Positions 37,539-51,876 of a DNA stretch of 64,000 nucleotides are shown here, in pieces (position 1 is the stretch's first letter; each line of letters starts with the position of its first letter). The notes under the pieces were generated by a model. That model was not told where the DNA came from. It made no database searches and saw only the letters and a list, made by a program, of their open reading frames with translations. The position numbers were made by a program, and so were the translations under genes. Source of the stretch: Chiloscyllium plagiosum (Eukaryota); assembly GCF_004010195.1 (NCBI RefSeq), contig NC_057718.1, forward strand, positions 104,436,828 through 104,500,827, read 5' to 3'.

Positions 37539-40500
37539 CAAAGTTGGCAGCAAGTTTCTGATCAACATTATAGTAAACAGATTGGAGAGAGATATGGAAC
37601 ACAACAAATAATGCAGCAAAGGTGGGATTAACCCGAAGCACCTTGTAATTATAATCTCTTTCTATCCAGCTCCTAACACAACCTAGCAGAAGTATCAGGA
37701 CATGATTTTCAGCACAATATATCATTTCACAAGGAGGTACACCAATGAGTTCTCAGTGTCAAACTGCCACTTGTTGATGTCTTTATCAAAGGAAAATGCA
37801 GACACTACATTTGACGGGTGGTGCACCATCTCATCGAGATGGGGAATTACTCTTTCTACACACATTCGCACTGGCCCATTCAGCAGGGGGACAGCAGCCC
37901 CTGGCTGTGATGGAAATTGGGGGATGCCAAAGGGAAGATTTGAGCAAGACTCCAGGGATTTTCACAACAATAGAGTGTTGTTCTGTTTGAAACCTTCACA
38001 ACAGTTCTGAAAACACTCAGGTGGACAGGCCAATTGTAGGTTTACACATTACAAATATAACAGTTCCAAACTCTCTCAGCCCAGAGATTAAAAAATCCAT
38101 TCTCCTCATCCATGTCCTAGTTTTAAAATAATGTCCTCTGGTTCTGGGCTGACCCACAAGCAGAAACACCTTTTCCACATCCACCTTGTCCAGACTATTT
38201 AAGATCAGCAGGTAATGGAGGAGAAACTAAAATCAGAGACATGCAAGAGTAAATGGAGCAGGAAGACTAGAAGAAATAGGAACAGTAGTTGGCAATTCGG
38301 CTCCTCAAGCCGGTCCCACCATTCAATAGGATCATAGCTGATCCAGCATTCCCCACATCTATGTTTCTGCCTTTTCTCCATAACCTTTGATTCCCCGACT
38401 GATCAAGAATCAATCCATCTCAGCCTTAAATATACAGAAGGACTCTGCCCCCACAGCTACCTGTGGCAAGGAGTTCCAAAGAGACACAACCCTGAGGAAA
38501 TCCCTCCTCTGAGCCTTCAAGGAGCACCCTTTTATTCTGAGGCAACAGCTGCTTGTCCTCGACATCCCCATGAGCTGTATGGATTGCTGAGGGTTGTGGA
38601 ATAGAGCATTGGGTTGGGAAAAGGAGGAGGATATGGAATGCTGTGGTCCAAGGGTTAAAGTCATTAGATTCAATTGTAGTTAAAACAGGATCAACAGCGA
38701 ATGTTCACCACAGTGATTTTGGTATATAGTGGCAAATCTTGAACTAGGATCCATGGTCCACTGTGTAGAGAGAAATTCAGAGGTAAAAGCTATTTTCATA
38801 ACAGTTTCAGAACATTCAACAGTACGGGTTGTGGGAAAACGTACAGCAACTGAACTAGGACACTTGGAAGCAGATTTCCGTCCTTGGTAAGTCAGTTATA
38901 ATTTGGACAGCAAAGCATATAGACAAGAAAACAGAGAAGAACTAACAAGATGAGATACAATATTGTGAGACTTTAGAAGTTTTGAGTCAGCTTTAAACAC
39001 GAGTACATTTGGGTCTGGTGAGGCTTTCCTATACACCCCAAATATACTGAAAATCTGGGACCACAATCGTCAGACTTATTTCCTTATGTCAAAACCTCAA
39101 CGCTCCAATTGTAATCCTGAAGTACCATTGTGGGAAGGTATTCTTAAAGGGTGGGGAGAAGAAATGGAGAAAATGAAATAAGGGTGAGATCACACAGGGA
39201 AAAGACACCAGGAGACGGAAAAAAAGAGACCAGGAGATAATTGTAAAAGGAGGCGGCGAGTGGAACTGAGAAAGTGTCTGTGAAGGCAGCAGTGACTACA
39301 GAGTTCACGATCTATTCTGAGAAATCTTGGTCGTGTGGTATTATAAGCACATCCATTGTGGTTGGGTTCAAGACAGACTAGTTGGCAAGGCAAGGTTATG
39401 AATAGTCTTCAGATTTGGGATTCTCCATGAGACTATATTAAAATAAAATGGTGCAATGTGTGGGATTCAGAGATACATCAGACTCTAAACTTACCACTAT
39501 GTCATTGACCTCTATCACCTAAAGCCTGGAATATCCTTATGCTTCTCTGCACATGTTTCCAATACTCACATGGTTAGACAGCAGGTTTCTCCCATGTCTC
39601 TCCCTCACCCATTAACTCTGCCCACAGTGTGCTATTTATGCCCAGTGAAAAGCAGCTCAATGACTTCATTGCAAGACTGCTCCAGGGTCCTAAAGCCTTT
39701 ACACGACTGGAACAGAATCTACCAGGAATCTCCTGGCAGATGGCTCTTGTCTGAACAACAACAGGTACTGGGGTGGGGAGAATGTAGACATTGCTTGGGA
39801 GAAGGTTTCTTTAACAATCTGTACCACCAATTATTTCAGAACAAGTACACAAACAGGTAGCGAACAACACAAGCTGTTAAAGAAAGTGGCAGACTTATTA
39901 GTTTCTTTGAGACACAAAGCTTAATGAGCTTCAATCCATTTTAACATTCCAAACACTTCCTTTATGGACAGGAGCTTCCCAAATTCTTGTACTCATCTCT
40001 GTAGCAATTAGGTAAATTCCTACTCAGTCTTCATCCTTTGAAAACAATGCTAATAGCAGCTGCTTTAGGCTATTTTGACGAGTTAAACCGGATGAGGCAG
40101 GACTGTACATACTTCAGAGATATACCTGAAAGCAATTTATTGCTTAATGATTGAACAGGACTGACTTCACTGGTTTAAGAAAGTAACACCACGGCATAAC
40201 AATCTCAACTGCTGCTAAATTCAAATCAGGACAGGGCAAAAGGTTCGACCCACAAAAGGAGAGAAATGGTATGGAGGTGCCAGGGTGGACATGGTCAGAG
40301 GTCACACCACCAGGTTAAAGTCCAATATTCACCTGAAGACGCAGTGCTCTGATAGTTTTGAGATTTCAAATAAACTTGTTGGACCATAACCTAGTGTTAT
40401 ACACTTCTGACCTGGTCTACCCCAGTCCAACACCAGCACCTCAACATTATGCAATGAGGCCATGAGTCTTTATTGACCTAAGAAAAATCTTGGAACAAAC

Positions 40501-43500
40501 CAAATTCCCTTAAAACCAGCTCAAAGAATATCAGATACTCTCTGTATTTCTAATAAGACTTGCACATTCATGTTCAACATTTGAGTGGAAGAGATTTTGC
40601 ACCTTTTAAATGCTGAGGGTTGCTCCCTTGTATGTTCAGGTTAGCAATCTTGGTTTCAAAATACCAAAGAACAGGAACAGAGCTCAAATAATACACCCAG
40701 TGTTCAAACTCCTGGGAGCTAGGAATCTTTTCTGAAAGACATGCAGGCTGACAGGATGAAAACAGGGGATCACGGTGTAAGCCTGAAGGGATGAAGGTAT
40801 AGTGGGAGCTCAAAAACAAAAGTAGTGCTGGAACTCCAACATAAACAAAGTGAAGAAATTCAGATCGGACAGCCTCTCTGGCAGAAACAGTTCTGAAAGA
40901 TCATTGGACTCAAAACTTTAACTCTGCTTTCTCTCTACAGATTCTCCAAGACTGCAGAGTTTCTCCAGCACACTGTTGGCTCAAACAAGACAGCCATCTA
41001 CACACAACAGCACACTCCAACCAAACTCAGTGCAGAACACAAAGCAAGCTGGACAAGGACAGTAAAGGTGTGCAAAGAAAAGCCTGTAGACGAGGGCAGT
41101 GCAGTTTAAGTTTACATGGACTTCAAGGCTTTTGTCAATGTCTCACTCGACAGAGTGGTTAAGAAATTAGAGCCCACGGAATCCAGGGCAATTTAGATCC
41201 AAAGTTAATTTAGTGGCAGGAAGTAGAGGATGATGGTCAAAATGTGCTTATTTGGAGAGCTGGTACAGACATGGTGGGTCAAATGGCCCACTTTGACATG
41301 CTAATGATTCTGAAAGGCAGGCTGCCACTGACCTTACCCCCCTCGCTCTAATCCAAAAACCAATCTGTCTTAAGATTCATCATATGGTACAGTCCACTCC
41401 TGTATCAAGGTTTCCTCCTCACTTCTGCCCACTGGAAAAATCACCTTATATTTCTGAATTTCCTTTGAATTAAAGACAGCTGTCACCATTGAGGCTGAAG
41501 CAGTGGTGGGGTGGGTGGGGAAAACACTGCTGGATTGAACAGGGCTTACACTGACTGTGCTTTTGCACTGACAAACCTAAACTGGCCTTCTCATACAGAC
41601 ACCTGCAATTCACAGACATGAAATCCACCTGTCAGAACCAGTGCAAACTTGATGTGACAGTGTAAATAAAGCAATACACCATGTTAAAAATTTGATGGTT
41701 TCATCCATATGGATTAAAGAATCTTTTCAAAATACAGCACAGTATAGTTATCCAGCGCAAACAGATGCAAAATAACCATTAACAGACATTCCTACATTGT
41801 CTTGTTCAAGCACTTTCTGAACAATGCTCACAGGGGAATGAAAGGGATTCTTGTCCTTACATTTATATGACAAAGCCCCAGTGGAACGTTGCACTGAGCA
41901 TCCAGCTCTCCCCACCCCTCATGAAACTAACCCATTTATGCAGCACATTTTCACCCACATGATCAAAACACTAACCAAAGAATAATGACTACTGTCCCAA
42001 TTCTCTCCAACTGTTCAATGGATGGCTTGATTCTGTTTGGAGAGCAATGCAGGCAAGATAACATAAATCATCTGCCACCTGGTGCAGAATTTAATTTTAA
42101 CAAATGAACTCATGTTTAAACTACCCAAATAGCCGCGAGACTGAAGTAAAGCTGTGAAAACTATTTTGACACCACCAAGTTCCTTCCCAAGAATACTGTT
42201 ACGCAGTAGTAACCTCAGGACAAGGTTTGCAAACTTGGGAATCTTGATTGAAAGACATACAAGTCAATGTCACATTTTGTGACGATTCTCAAAAGAAAGG
42301 TTTCACTTCATCCAGATCACAGGCTCTGCACAATTGTAAATTGCAGCCAGCATTCAGTAGGTTAATTCAGTGGCACTTTACACAGAATGAATAGATTGGT
42401 TTTATAACTGCCTGTACAAAGTTACTTATTGACAGCTTTCAAACAGTACACAAAAGTCTACCTGTGACACTAACATGGTCGGGGAACCAGAGGAACAGAT
42501 ATGAACAAATTGAGTACTCAAGGTTTGTGAAAAGCTTGCTATAAATGAGAGAAAACATCAAAGTTGCAGCTGAAAGTGTTATTCTAATTCAGAAAATATT
42601 TATTTCTGGGGGAACTGAATAGCTGTGGGCTTATAAAACACAACACTCATCTGTGACAGATGGAGAGCCTTAAAATACTTTGTAAATGGGATCTCATCCT
42701 GGGGCTTTCAGGGGAGTGGCAGGCAGAGCTAACTCATTCACATTATACATTTTATAACCTCAGGATATATCAGTGTTACAGCTAATTAGTACACAAGTGT
42801 AGTCACTTCAGCGAAACCAACTTCTGCACAGCAAGCTCCCACAAAAATTAGCAGATACTTACACAGCGGTGGTGGTGGGAGATAAACATTGGCTAAGGAT
42901 TTCTCCTCCTCATTGCTTTGAAACTGTACAATGGAATGCCTTCAGTACACCAGAAGCAGCAAAAAGGGTCCCAGCTGAACATATGCAGTCCACCAAAGCA
43001 ACACTCCTTTCATCCTGTACTATAGGATGTCTGCTCACATACCTGGCACAGAATCCAGACTCTGAGGAGAGTGTAATACTGACTGATACTTCAAAAAAAA
43101 CACACCAAGACAGCAGCAATGATTTGGGACAAAGTCGAAGGAGTTGTACTGTGCACTCGGCTTATGTTCAGACTTCACCAGGGAATTGAGATGACAAATC
43201 CTTCATCTCCTGTGCTCACATCTCAACAAGCACGAAGAAAAAGCAAACTTACGACACTATGATAAATACCTGCACATCTCGTAACCGTAATGTGCCATTT
43301 TCCTTCTGATATTTAATTCCAACTTCTTCAAGTCTGGTTTTGTTTCACAAATTGTTCACAATCAAATAAGTAACAGGGTGGGGATACTGCATATAATTAT
43401 TTAAATTTCAGTTGAGTTTTACACCCCAAAATAGCAGTCAATTTATTCAGATATAATATTTTCTGGGGTTTGAAATCCAACTCCCTGCCCTCACTGTCTG

Positions 43501-43562
43501 TACAACTGCCTCACCTCAAAACTGGCACACAAGGAAGCACAAGTTTAATTTTTGTTGTTGAT

Positions 43563-43860
43563 GATTGATTAGATTCCCTAAAGTGTGGAAACAGGCTCTT
43601 CAGCCCATCAAGTCCACACCAACCCTCTGAAGAGTAACCCACCCAGACCCATTTCCCTCTGACTAATGTACCTATGGGCAATTTAGCATGGCCAATTCAC
43701 CTAACCTGCACATCTTTGGACCATGGGAGGAAACCGGAGCACCCAGAGGAAACCCACGGAGGGAGAATGTGCAAACTCCACACAGACAGCTGCCAGAGGC
43801 CAGAATCGAACCTGGGACCCTGGTACTGTGAGGCAGCAGTGCTAACCACTGAGCCAGCGT
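43563..43860 (-). mobile_element. HE1-like V-SINE
   Basis: gggaggaaaccggagcacccagaggaaacccac..gcaaactccacacagacag..gctaaccactgagcca. Confidence 0.9.
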
Positions 43861-45099
43861 GCAGTTTAACACCAGGGAGAATCTGAATTCAGCAGCTGGC
43901 AGGTAGTAACTCGAAAAATCTGGATTCTTTGAGCCAAAGGATGGTGGTCAACGTATTCACAAGATCAAACATGGTGTTATAGTTAGAATGCTGTCCATAC
44001 AAGTGCTCTGACAGACATTACTGCCTTCTGTTAATATGCCTGTGTAAGACCACTGCAGAGACTGCCTACTAACTCAAGGAGGGTTGCGCACACTGCAATA
44101 AAGTAAAAGCAAATGTGCAGAATCATTCTTGTAACAGGTATTTCAGATAGTTAGTGCTTTAAACATCTCAGTATTGACCCGAATACAGCCACCTGCACAG
44201 TCAGATTCCCATTTAACGTTGCACTACCATTGAAAATTACATGAGGCTGGTCAGGAATCCGGTTTTAAAATAAATACTCCTGTTTTGCAAACTCCATTAT
44301 TGTCTCAAATAATCTGGGTTATATCAACACACCCAAATCTTTCACACATTATAACCTCCCAGACAGAGGCAAGGGTAAGGTCTGTGCGCAGTCAATACAA
44401 CACAGACAAATGAGATTCACAATGAACATGAAAAACATGGTTTGCAAAACTTCACAAGCAAATTAATTTTACAACAAAAAACCATTACCAAACTACAAAA
44501 TAAAACAAAGAATTGCAGATGTTCAAAATCAAACAAAAGCAAAAATTGCTGGAGAAACTCAGCAGGTCTGACAGTATCATTTGGAAGAAAGAAGAGTTAC
44601 TGTTTCGAGTTGGATGACTTATGATCAGAACTGCTGACTGTAAGCTGAAGTGTGACAATGGTAAATGTGAAGCTGTAAATGTATCCTAGTGTCAGACTCC
44701 CACTGACCCCAATTCTAGAGATAATTCTCAACATCAGGAGACAGGCAGGGGCTGCAGCGAGTGCTTGAGCTAGAGAGCCAACAGCCCTCGCCAATAGGGA
44801 GGGCAATCAAATCACACCCTCAATCAGAGATTGAGTGAACTATCACAATGCACTCTCATTGAATCCACCTTGCACATGAAAGAAACCCCGATTTAATTTT
44901 TAAAAAGCACCAGTTTTCATAGGGAGCTGTAACTGAAAGTTTGCAGACCGTTTAATCTGATGGGTGACAGCAGCACTGCCCACCCACAGGTGGCTTTTGG
45001 ATTTGAATTTACAGCTTAAGAGGATGCAACTTCTGAAGCTTGACAGTGCTCCTGAAGAGTGTGTGAATGACATGAGGTGCATGAAACAACCTCACATAC

Positions 45100-47055
45100 A
45101 AAAGATCTCAAATTAACAATATTTGTGGCCAATTTTGTACATTTTTTTAATAGCAATCATTTGCACAAATTGCTTGCTCAACTTTTGGTTCTGAAAGTTG
45201 CACAATACATTTTTAGGAAACAGAGCAACCATTAAAAACCAAAGTTCAAACAACACTCACCAGTTTACTCATTTTTTAAACACAGTGCTGGTTCAAGCGA
45301 GGATAATGAGGGTAACTCATAATTAAACTTTATTAAAGATCAAAGATAATTGAAAAATGTTATGTAGGTATGGACCTTGCTAATTCAGCCATTTAAAGCT
45401 GCCACGTCAGCAGATAACATCTCTTTAAAACAAGTTGAAGGGGACTCTGAATGGCTTTGAGCTCACTTACAAACATCCAAACACTTTGTATGCAATTCAG
45501 CCAACTTCCCACATAGACAGGCACACTGGGCTTTTCAACAGGTTGGATACAGTTCTAAACTGCAAGGTTTAGAATTAAAATTTGGCAGATAATAGTTTAA
45601 GAGAAGTTTGGCACCAAATTTACACTGTTCAGATCGTTCTAAAGGAATTGCAATGGTGCAAAGCATCTCTCTCCCGCCCGCCCGCATCTCCCCCCCCCCA
45701 CCCAATCAAGTTACCAGAACATGGAATGCATTTTTATAGGGAGCTATTGAAGCCAAGGTGATCATATTCAAGAGGGAGTTGGGTAAACGACAAGAGAAAC
45801 CAAATATTCAAAGCTACAGGTAAAGTGCAGCAGATAGTTCAGGTCAGTGGGTTAGTAACAGAAAAGCGATGGGCTAAATATCCTCAATCTTACCTAAATT
45901 TACAATTCTCTGTCTGAAGCTTCATGTTTCCGACCTTACCCAACTAAACGACACCAATTTAAACAACATATGCACAATTATCTAAAAAGATCCAGGTTAT
46001 AAAGACTTCTGTGGCACTTTAACCGTACATGCTGCAACTTTGCCTTAAATGTTTCATCAGTTCAAACAGGAAGCACTTGATGAATAAGTGGAGCCCTGAT
46101 CAATTTAAATATCACCTCTATCAATTTATAAGTTCTAGCTTCTCATATTTTATATATATTTATATTATATAGGTTTAATTTTAGTGAACATAGCTACAAA
46201 TGGTTTAAATCTAATAGTAGGGAACCCAGTCCCTTTTAGTTCTACAAGGTTTTGTTGCTGTAACCTTGCGCCCAAATGAAGATTTTTGCCCATCCATTGC
46301 CACATTTGTTGTCTTTCCAATTACCAGAGATGTGCAACACTGCATACCACTGTTTTAAAGAGGAAACAACAGTTAAATCAGGCTAGCTGGGATTTACCAC
46401 CCCACAACAGAAAAATCTCCAAACCCAAATTTTATTATTCATGACCACAGCCCATCCCTGGACTTGACAATGAAGGCTTGTTTTACAACAAGGAAAATGA
46501 CACTGACATTGTACTCTGGCCCCACTTCCAGAAAGTGAACCGAAATTAAAATTCATCAAGTCTCAGCACAAACCACTGCAATGTAGTGGTCATGAAAGCT
46601 GCTTTTTCTAAAAACAAACACTTAGGTGAGTGTGGTGGTCCCTCTCAGCCAGAGCGTCAAACCAGATGGTGTTCTTCAGACAGTGACCAGTCCAACACTA
46701 CAGCTACAACCTACAAGGGGTTCTTCAAGTGCTGGACTGGACTGGCACAACATGGCAGACTGACCCTTCCTAAATGCACCCCTCCCTCCCTTCCCCGCAC
46801 CCCCCCCCATCTCTGCCCCTTGTTTTGTTTGTAAGGAAATGGTCAAGTTAGATGCTTTTACATTTCAGGGAAGTTGACAAACATGGAAAAAAGCTCTCCC
46901 AGGAAACCAGCAGTACCAGTGAACAAAAACAAAAAAAAAAGCTGACCCCAGGAGTCAAAAGGGCAGAAGCTTCTCCAGGTCAAATAGTCAAATGATTTAA
47001 AGAGGAGCAAGAAATAACAAAAAGCAATGAGAACCGTTGGAACAAACACATGAAT
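45100..47055 (-). other. ACTR2: Probable ACTR2 3' UTR with candidate poly(A) signals
   Basis: Repeat-poor and U-rich on the minus strand. AATAAA at about 46431-46436 and at 45329-45334; ATTAAA at 45146-45151. The end position is uncertain. Confidence 0.55.
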
Positions 47056-47226
47056 TTATCGAACAGTCACTCCAAGTTTCTCCAAGACTCGAACGCCCTT
47101 CTCCTGATATTCCTGTCGGGTCATCCAGAAACTATCTTTATCCTTCATGATGTCAGCGAGGACAGCTCCTCCCAGAAATACCATGTGTTTGCGCCGAGGC
47201 GGATCTTCAATACGGATCTTGAATTT
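47056..47226 (-). CDS. ACTR2: ACTR2 terminal coding exon 9, 171 nt including TAA
   Basis: attcag acceptor. Encodes [56 protein letters not shown], the canonical Arp2 C-terminus. Confidence 0.97.
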   Translation of the reverse strand, partial: KFKIRIEDPPRRKHMVFLGGAVLADIMKDKDSFWMTRQEYQEKGVRVLEKLGVTVR

Positions 47227-48599
47227 CTGAATGGGAGCATTCAAAAGGCAAACTATCAGCATAGATTTAAATCTAGGGTTAATTTCTCCCACCATTCCAA
47301 TACCATTTGAATATCCCCTGCCCGGTCATTTCAACAATTGCTTGAAATGCAATCATAGCCGACTTCTACCTGTGTTCTTCCTGCACACATCTTTAAAAAG
47401 TCGTGATTATTAATTTGGTACCTGCGGCCTTGCTTTACTACTTGTAATTTGTTAATTGCTTCCTTAACTCAATTTATACTGACCAGGACACTAACAAGCA
47501 TCTGAGAGAGTCTCGTCTTTAAATATCACCAAAGACCAATGACAAAGCAGCTTCTTCGGGAGTGTTAACAGGAAACAAACCTTCAACTGTACAACTCGGG
47601 AAGAAAGCACTCAGCACTGACTGAATCAGGTGGGATTCCCTCCCACAGTCAGTCAGTTTACTGACACACCAACTAGATGGAGTGATATCAGATAGGGACA
47701 TAACCAGGGTCAGGCAAGTCCAACAGCTTACACTGTGCCAAGAGTTTCCTATAGATAGCCCCACTTTGATAAAGGTATTACATATCAACCACAGCCTCTG
47801 GAACTCTGTCATAACTCATCTCCAGTGTGTCATACTGACGGAAATCGATTAGGAAAAGCTGCTTGGAAAACAAGTTTGAGGAAATAACGCAGCCGATGAT
47901 AAATCTTATTTTCTTTGTCTCAGTCTTTAACTTGGAGCTCAGAGTCTGCTCCCATGTTGAAGGTTCCAACGGGCTGTCTAGCCCATGTCTGCTCTGAGAT
48001 CATACTGGTTTTCAGACCGTACGTGCATCGGTGCAGGGTCAGGGGAACTGAGGGAGCAGCACTACTTCAGTGTTACGGAAACTAAAGTCACAGCTTTCTC
48101 ACTCACAGAGGCTGACTCAGCAATAAACAAGAGGGACAGTTTCTGGCAGGTGGGCAGATCCAGGGTGCTTTCTTTAGGTAACGGGCCATTTTAATTATTC
48201 AGTCGTTCTGGGAGGGTATCAGCAAGACTAGTAGATGCCCTGATCTAAACAGTCCGCTCAGCCACTCCAGAGGGAAGTTGTTCGTATGAGACTAGAGTTG
48301 TATAGAAGCACAGATAAAAAGTGACAACAGTCCTTCTGTGGAAGGGCAGAGAGACCTGAGCATGAAGCTGTGTGTATGCCTTCAAAACAAGGCCAGAGGA
48401 TAAATGGCAAAATGGAGACTTCGGAACAGAACTCCAGACAGCTGAACCTCTGCTGCCACAGGAGGAGACAAGGGGGGGGGAGGGGAGGGATGGAGACGGT
48501 ACATCCCAATTTCATTTGTTTCGCAGCTTTATTGGCCTTGAGGTAGTGCGCAAAGTTATCAAACAGCCAACAACCACATGAAGACATCAAATGCCTTGT

Positions 48600-49620
48600 C
48601 AAGCAAGTTCCTTGGACAGACTACTTTAAAAAGGACAGGATGGGGAGTAGGGCAAATGGGTATATTCTAGGAGGGAATTTTGGAGCTAGCAATGGGAATC
48701 AGGGATACTCGAGGCTGGAATTTTAGAGAACTCTTCCCTAGAGAGTTTTGGGTTTGGAGGAGCTGAGAGAGATGAGAAGGGAGCAAGGGAATGAAATGAT
48801 TTAGAATCAGCCCCCGCCCCAGGAAATCTGAGCTGTCACCGTTCTGGAAGTTATTGACAGATGGAGGGTGAACAAAGGAATGGAACCTGATGCAAGTTGG
48901 GTCTTAACAGTAGAGTTTTAAAGGAGCAATTTAATAGAACATTGAGCACAGGAGACCAGGAATCCTCCAGCAATTATCAGGTCTACAGGAAACAAATGCA
49001 TGGGTGAGGGTTTCAGCACAGGGTGAAAATGGATGCTCTGATGTCAAACTGAACGAGACAGTATTAGTGACAACATGGGTGTGGCCAGCTGACCATCTGA
49101 GGGAGTGAGCAGCTTATTTCAGAGTCTCTCAGTTGCTGAGGTGGTGGATGGAGCTGGTGGAAGAGTGACTCAAATGGTTGATCTTGCCAAAATTTAGTGA
49201 GAGGAAATTTCTATCACCCAATACCGACATTAGACAGGCAAGCTAATTATTTTGAGTGTGTGTGGAGGGATCAAGGGATCAGAGACAGAAATTAGTGTCG
49301 TCAGCATACATGTGAAAACCAACACATGCCTTCAGATGCCAACAGGGGGCTGCAAATCGATGGAGAGTGGAGGGGACCACTGTTGGAAGCGAAGCCATTG
49401 CATGCGATTCTCTGGCTGTAACTGGATAGATAAGACTGGATTTGAAAACAAGGAGAATTTTCACAACGAGGGCAGGACCAGGAAAAAGGAAACCGCATTC
49501 CAGGATAGAGGAGTGGAGAGGAGGGGGAGGGGTAGAGTGGAACATGACTGCAACATCAGGACACAACACACTGTGCATTGGAGTAACACCAAGACCGTAC
49601 TGCATCAGTCCATGAACGGA
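48600..49620 (-). mobile_element. Decayed L2-type LINE relic
   Basis: Minus-strand GFHMYADDT RT motif at about 49295-49325, in purine-rich antisense-LINE-like context. Boundaries are approximate. Confidence 0.55.
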
Positions 49621-49685
49621 GGTCAGATTACAGTCAGCAGTTGAGACATTTGGAGAATCGCTGACCAGTACATAGTGTGACTTAC

Positions 49686-49818
49686 AGAAAGTTTCTCAAC
49701 ATCCCCTTTGAGAACACGCTCGAGGTACAACTGTTTGAGCTCACGCTCCAGGCGTGATGGTAATCCAGGATACATTGTTGAGCCACCAGAGAGGACAATG
49801 TGCTTATAGAACTCCGAC
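49686..49818 (-). CDS. ACTR2: ACTR2 exon 8, 133 nt
   Basis: ttcccag acceptor and gtaagt donor. Encodes [44 protein letters not shown]. Confidence 0.97.
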
Positions 49819-50062
49819 CTGGGAAGGGAGCAATAACAGACAGCAGTGAATAAACTGGGCCAAAGATTCGGAGTAATACTCACCCTGCTGCATGGTACAC
49901 ATTTACAAACTAGCTTCAACATTCTGATCAAAGAAACAAACCGCCTGAAACAGATGGAATTGGAAGTGACTAGCTAACCATGGGTTAATGGATTTGTAAA
50001 GGAGCCAGTGATTACCAAGACACCCACACTTCTAAAACCCCAAATGCCCACTGCTCACATAC

Positions 50063-50208
50063 CTGGTGTCAATATCAGCTGCTTGAATCGTACTGAAGAG
50101 TAACTCTGCCACACCGACACCTTCCACATTGATGAGATGAGGCTGAAACAAGGCTTCAGCAGCTTCAAACCGCTCTCCTCCAACTTTTATCACACGGCCA
50201 TCTGGAAG
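50063..50208 (-). CDS. ACTR2: ACTR2 exon 7, 146 nt
   Basis: tttcag acceptor and gtatgt donor. Encodes [49 protein letters not shown]. Confidence 0.97.
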
Positions 50209-51726
50209 CTGAAAAGACTCTGGCTTTAGGAACCCAATCTCTGAAGACAAACTCTAGGATAACCAGTTAGTGAGAATGGAGGGATCCAGGGAGGTGTGGG
50301 CTGAAAGAGCTCACTAAGTTCAGCGTCAACATCAAAGCAATCACTTATTTTCAGGGGCATTCTGGGCAATCTTTGTTTCATTTTGACAGTTCCTGACTTG
50401 TGCACAACCTATTTTAAGAAATTGAAATTGGGGACAGCTATTTCTGAACAGCTGAAGGATATGGGAACCATAACAGAACTGTGTTCTCTCAGGCAAACGA
50501 TATTTAAAAGTACCACGTGCGCCTGCACGTCTCTGTGCGTGTCACTGGATTTGTAAGCCACAACTCCAGCTGACGTTCCTGGGATGAGTGTTCAAGCCCC
50601 ATCATGGTAGATGGGCAGATGGAGAAACTGGAGTTCAAGAAAATTTCAGAATTAAAAGTTAGCTGAATGGCCACTGTGTAACCAATCAATTGTTGTTAAA
50701 AAAACCCACCATCTGTTTCACTAATGTCCTTGAGGGAAGGAAATCTACCATCTTTAACCAGTCTGGTCTACACGTGACTCCAATTCCACAGCAATGTGGT
50801 TGACTCTTAACTGCCCAGCAAACCACACAGTTCAAGGTAACAAATATCAGCTTTTCCAGCAATGCCAACATCCTGTGAAATAATATAAAAAAAAACATTC
50901 TGCCCATCACCCAGAGGCCTGCAGGGAAATTCTGACAGTACAGGATCTGGCTCAATGGCATCACGCCAGCCTCACACCAGTCAGTCAATAGCTGCTGCTG
51001 AATCTCCAGCCAAATACTGGTCAAATGCTCACTTTAATGACAGCCCAAGAGTCCCACCAGATCCATGGGCTCCTAAGAGAGCATGCCAGGGTTTTCAGCA
51101 CCTGCAGACGTGGGCAGGAGGTGGGAGAGGTAGTAGGAGATGTTTGTGAGTTACCGTGCCCTGAGCTGAAACTCAGTCTGATTCTGCGGTCGAGTCAGCA
51201 AAACACTGACCACTCCAAATGGTAGTCAGCCCAGAAGCCAGTAGGAATGGAGTCACAAAGACAACCAGGTAATCCCAAATATGGCCTGTTCACCAGATAG
51301 CAGAGGGGGCATAGGAGAAAAATAAGGCCTGGGCAAGAGACAGCGAGGGGGCCATAAAGGGGAGGAGCAGGGAGGCCCAGAGAGGGGAGACAGCAAGGGG
51401 GAGCGAGAAAGGGAACAACAGCAAGTGGCGGGGGAGAAAGCAGAATGCAAGAGGGGCAGAGGCTGAGGACGTGAACAAGAATAAGAGAAAGGACATCCCA
51501 TCAGGAAAAAAAATAAAAATTGGAAAAGGCAGAGAAAGGATTTCTGGGGGTGGAGGGAGCTCACCAGGTTAGCTGGTGGGCTCTGCAAAGATTTAGCACG
51601 CAGAGTCACTGGCTCTATTTTCTGAGCAAGTCAGGCATTTTGAGGCTCAATGTAGTGCTGGGAGATGGTACAGTCAGCACATGCTGCAGAACAAGGAAAT
51701 GACTCACTAACTATAGTAATACCCAC

Positions 51727-51876
51727 CGTGTAGGACTCCACCAACACTGTAGTTTCCAACGCCAGTTTCTGCTCCTGTTCAATGTTGTAACCCACATAAC
51801 ATAGCTTCTCCTTCATCATACGAACTGTTTCAAAATCGGCAGAGTGGTTGAAGGCATAACCTCGCAGGAGAAGCAG
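51727..51876 (-). CDS. ACTR2: ACTR2 exon 6, 150 nt
   Basis: ttccag acceptor and gtgggt donor. Encodes [50 protein letters not shown]. Confidence 0.97.
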
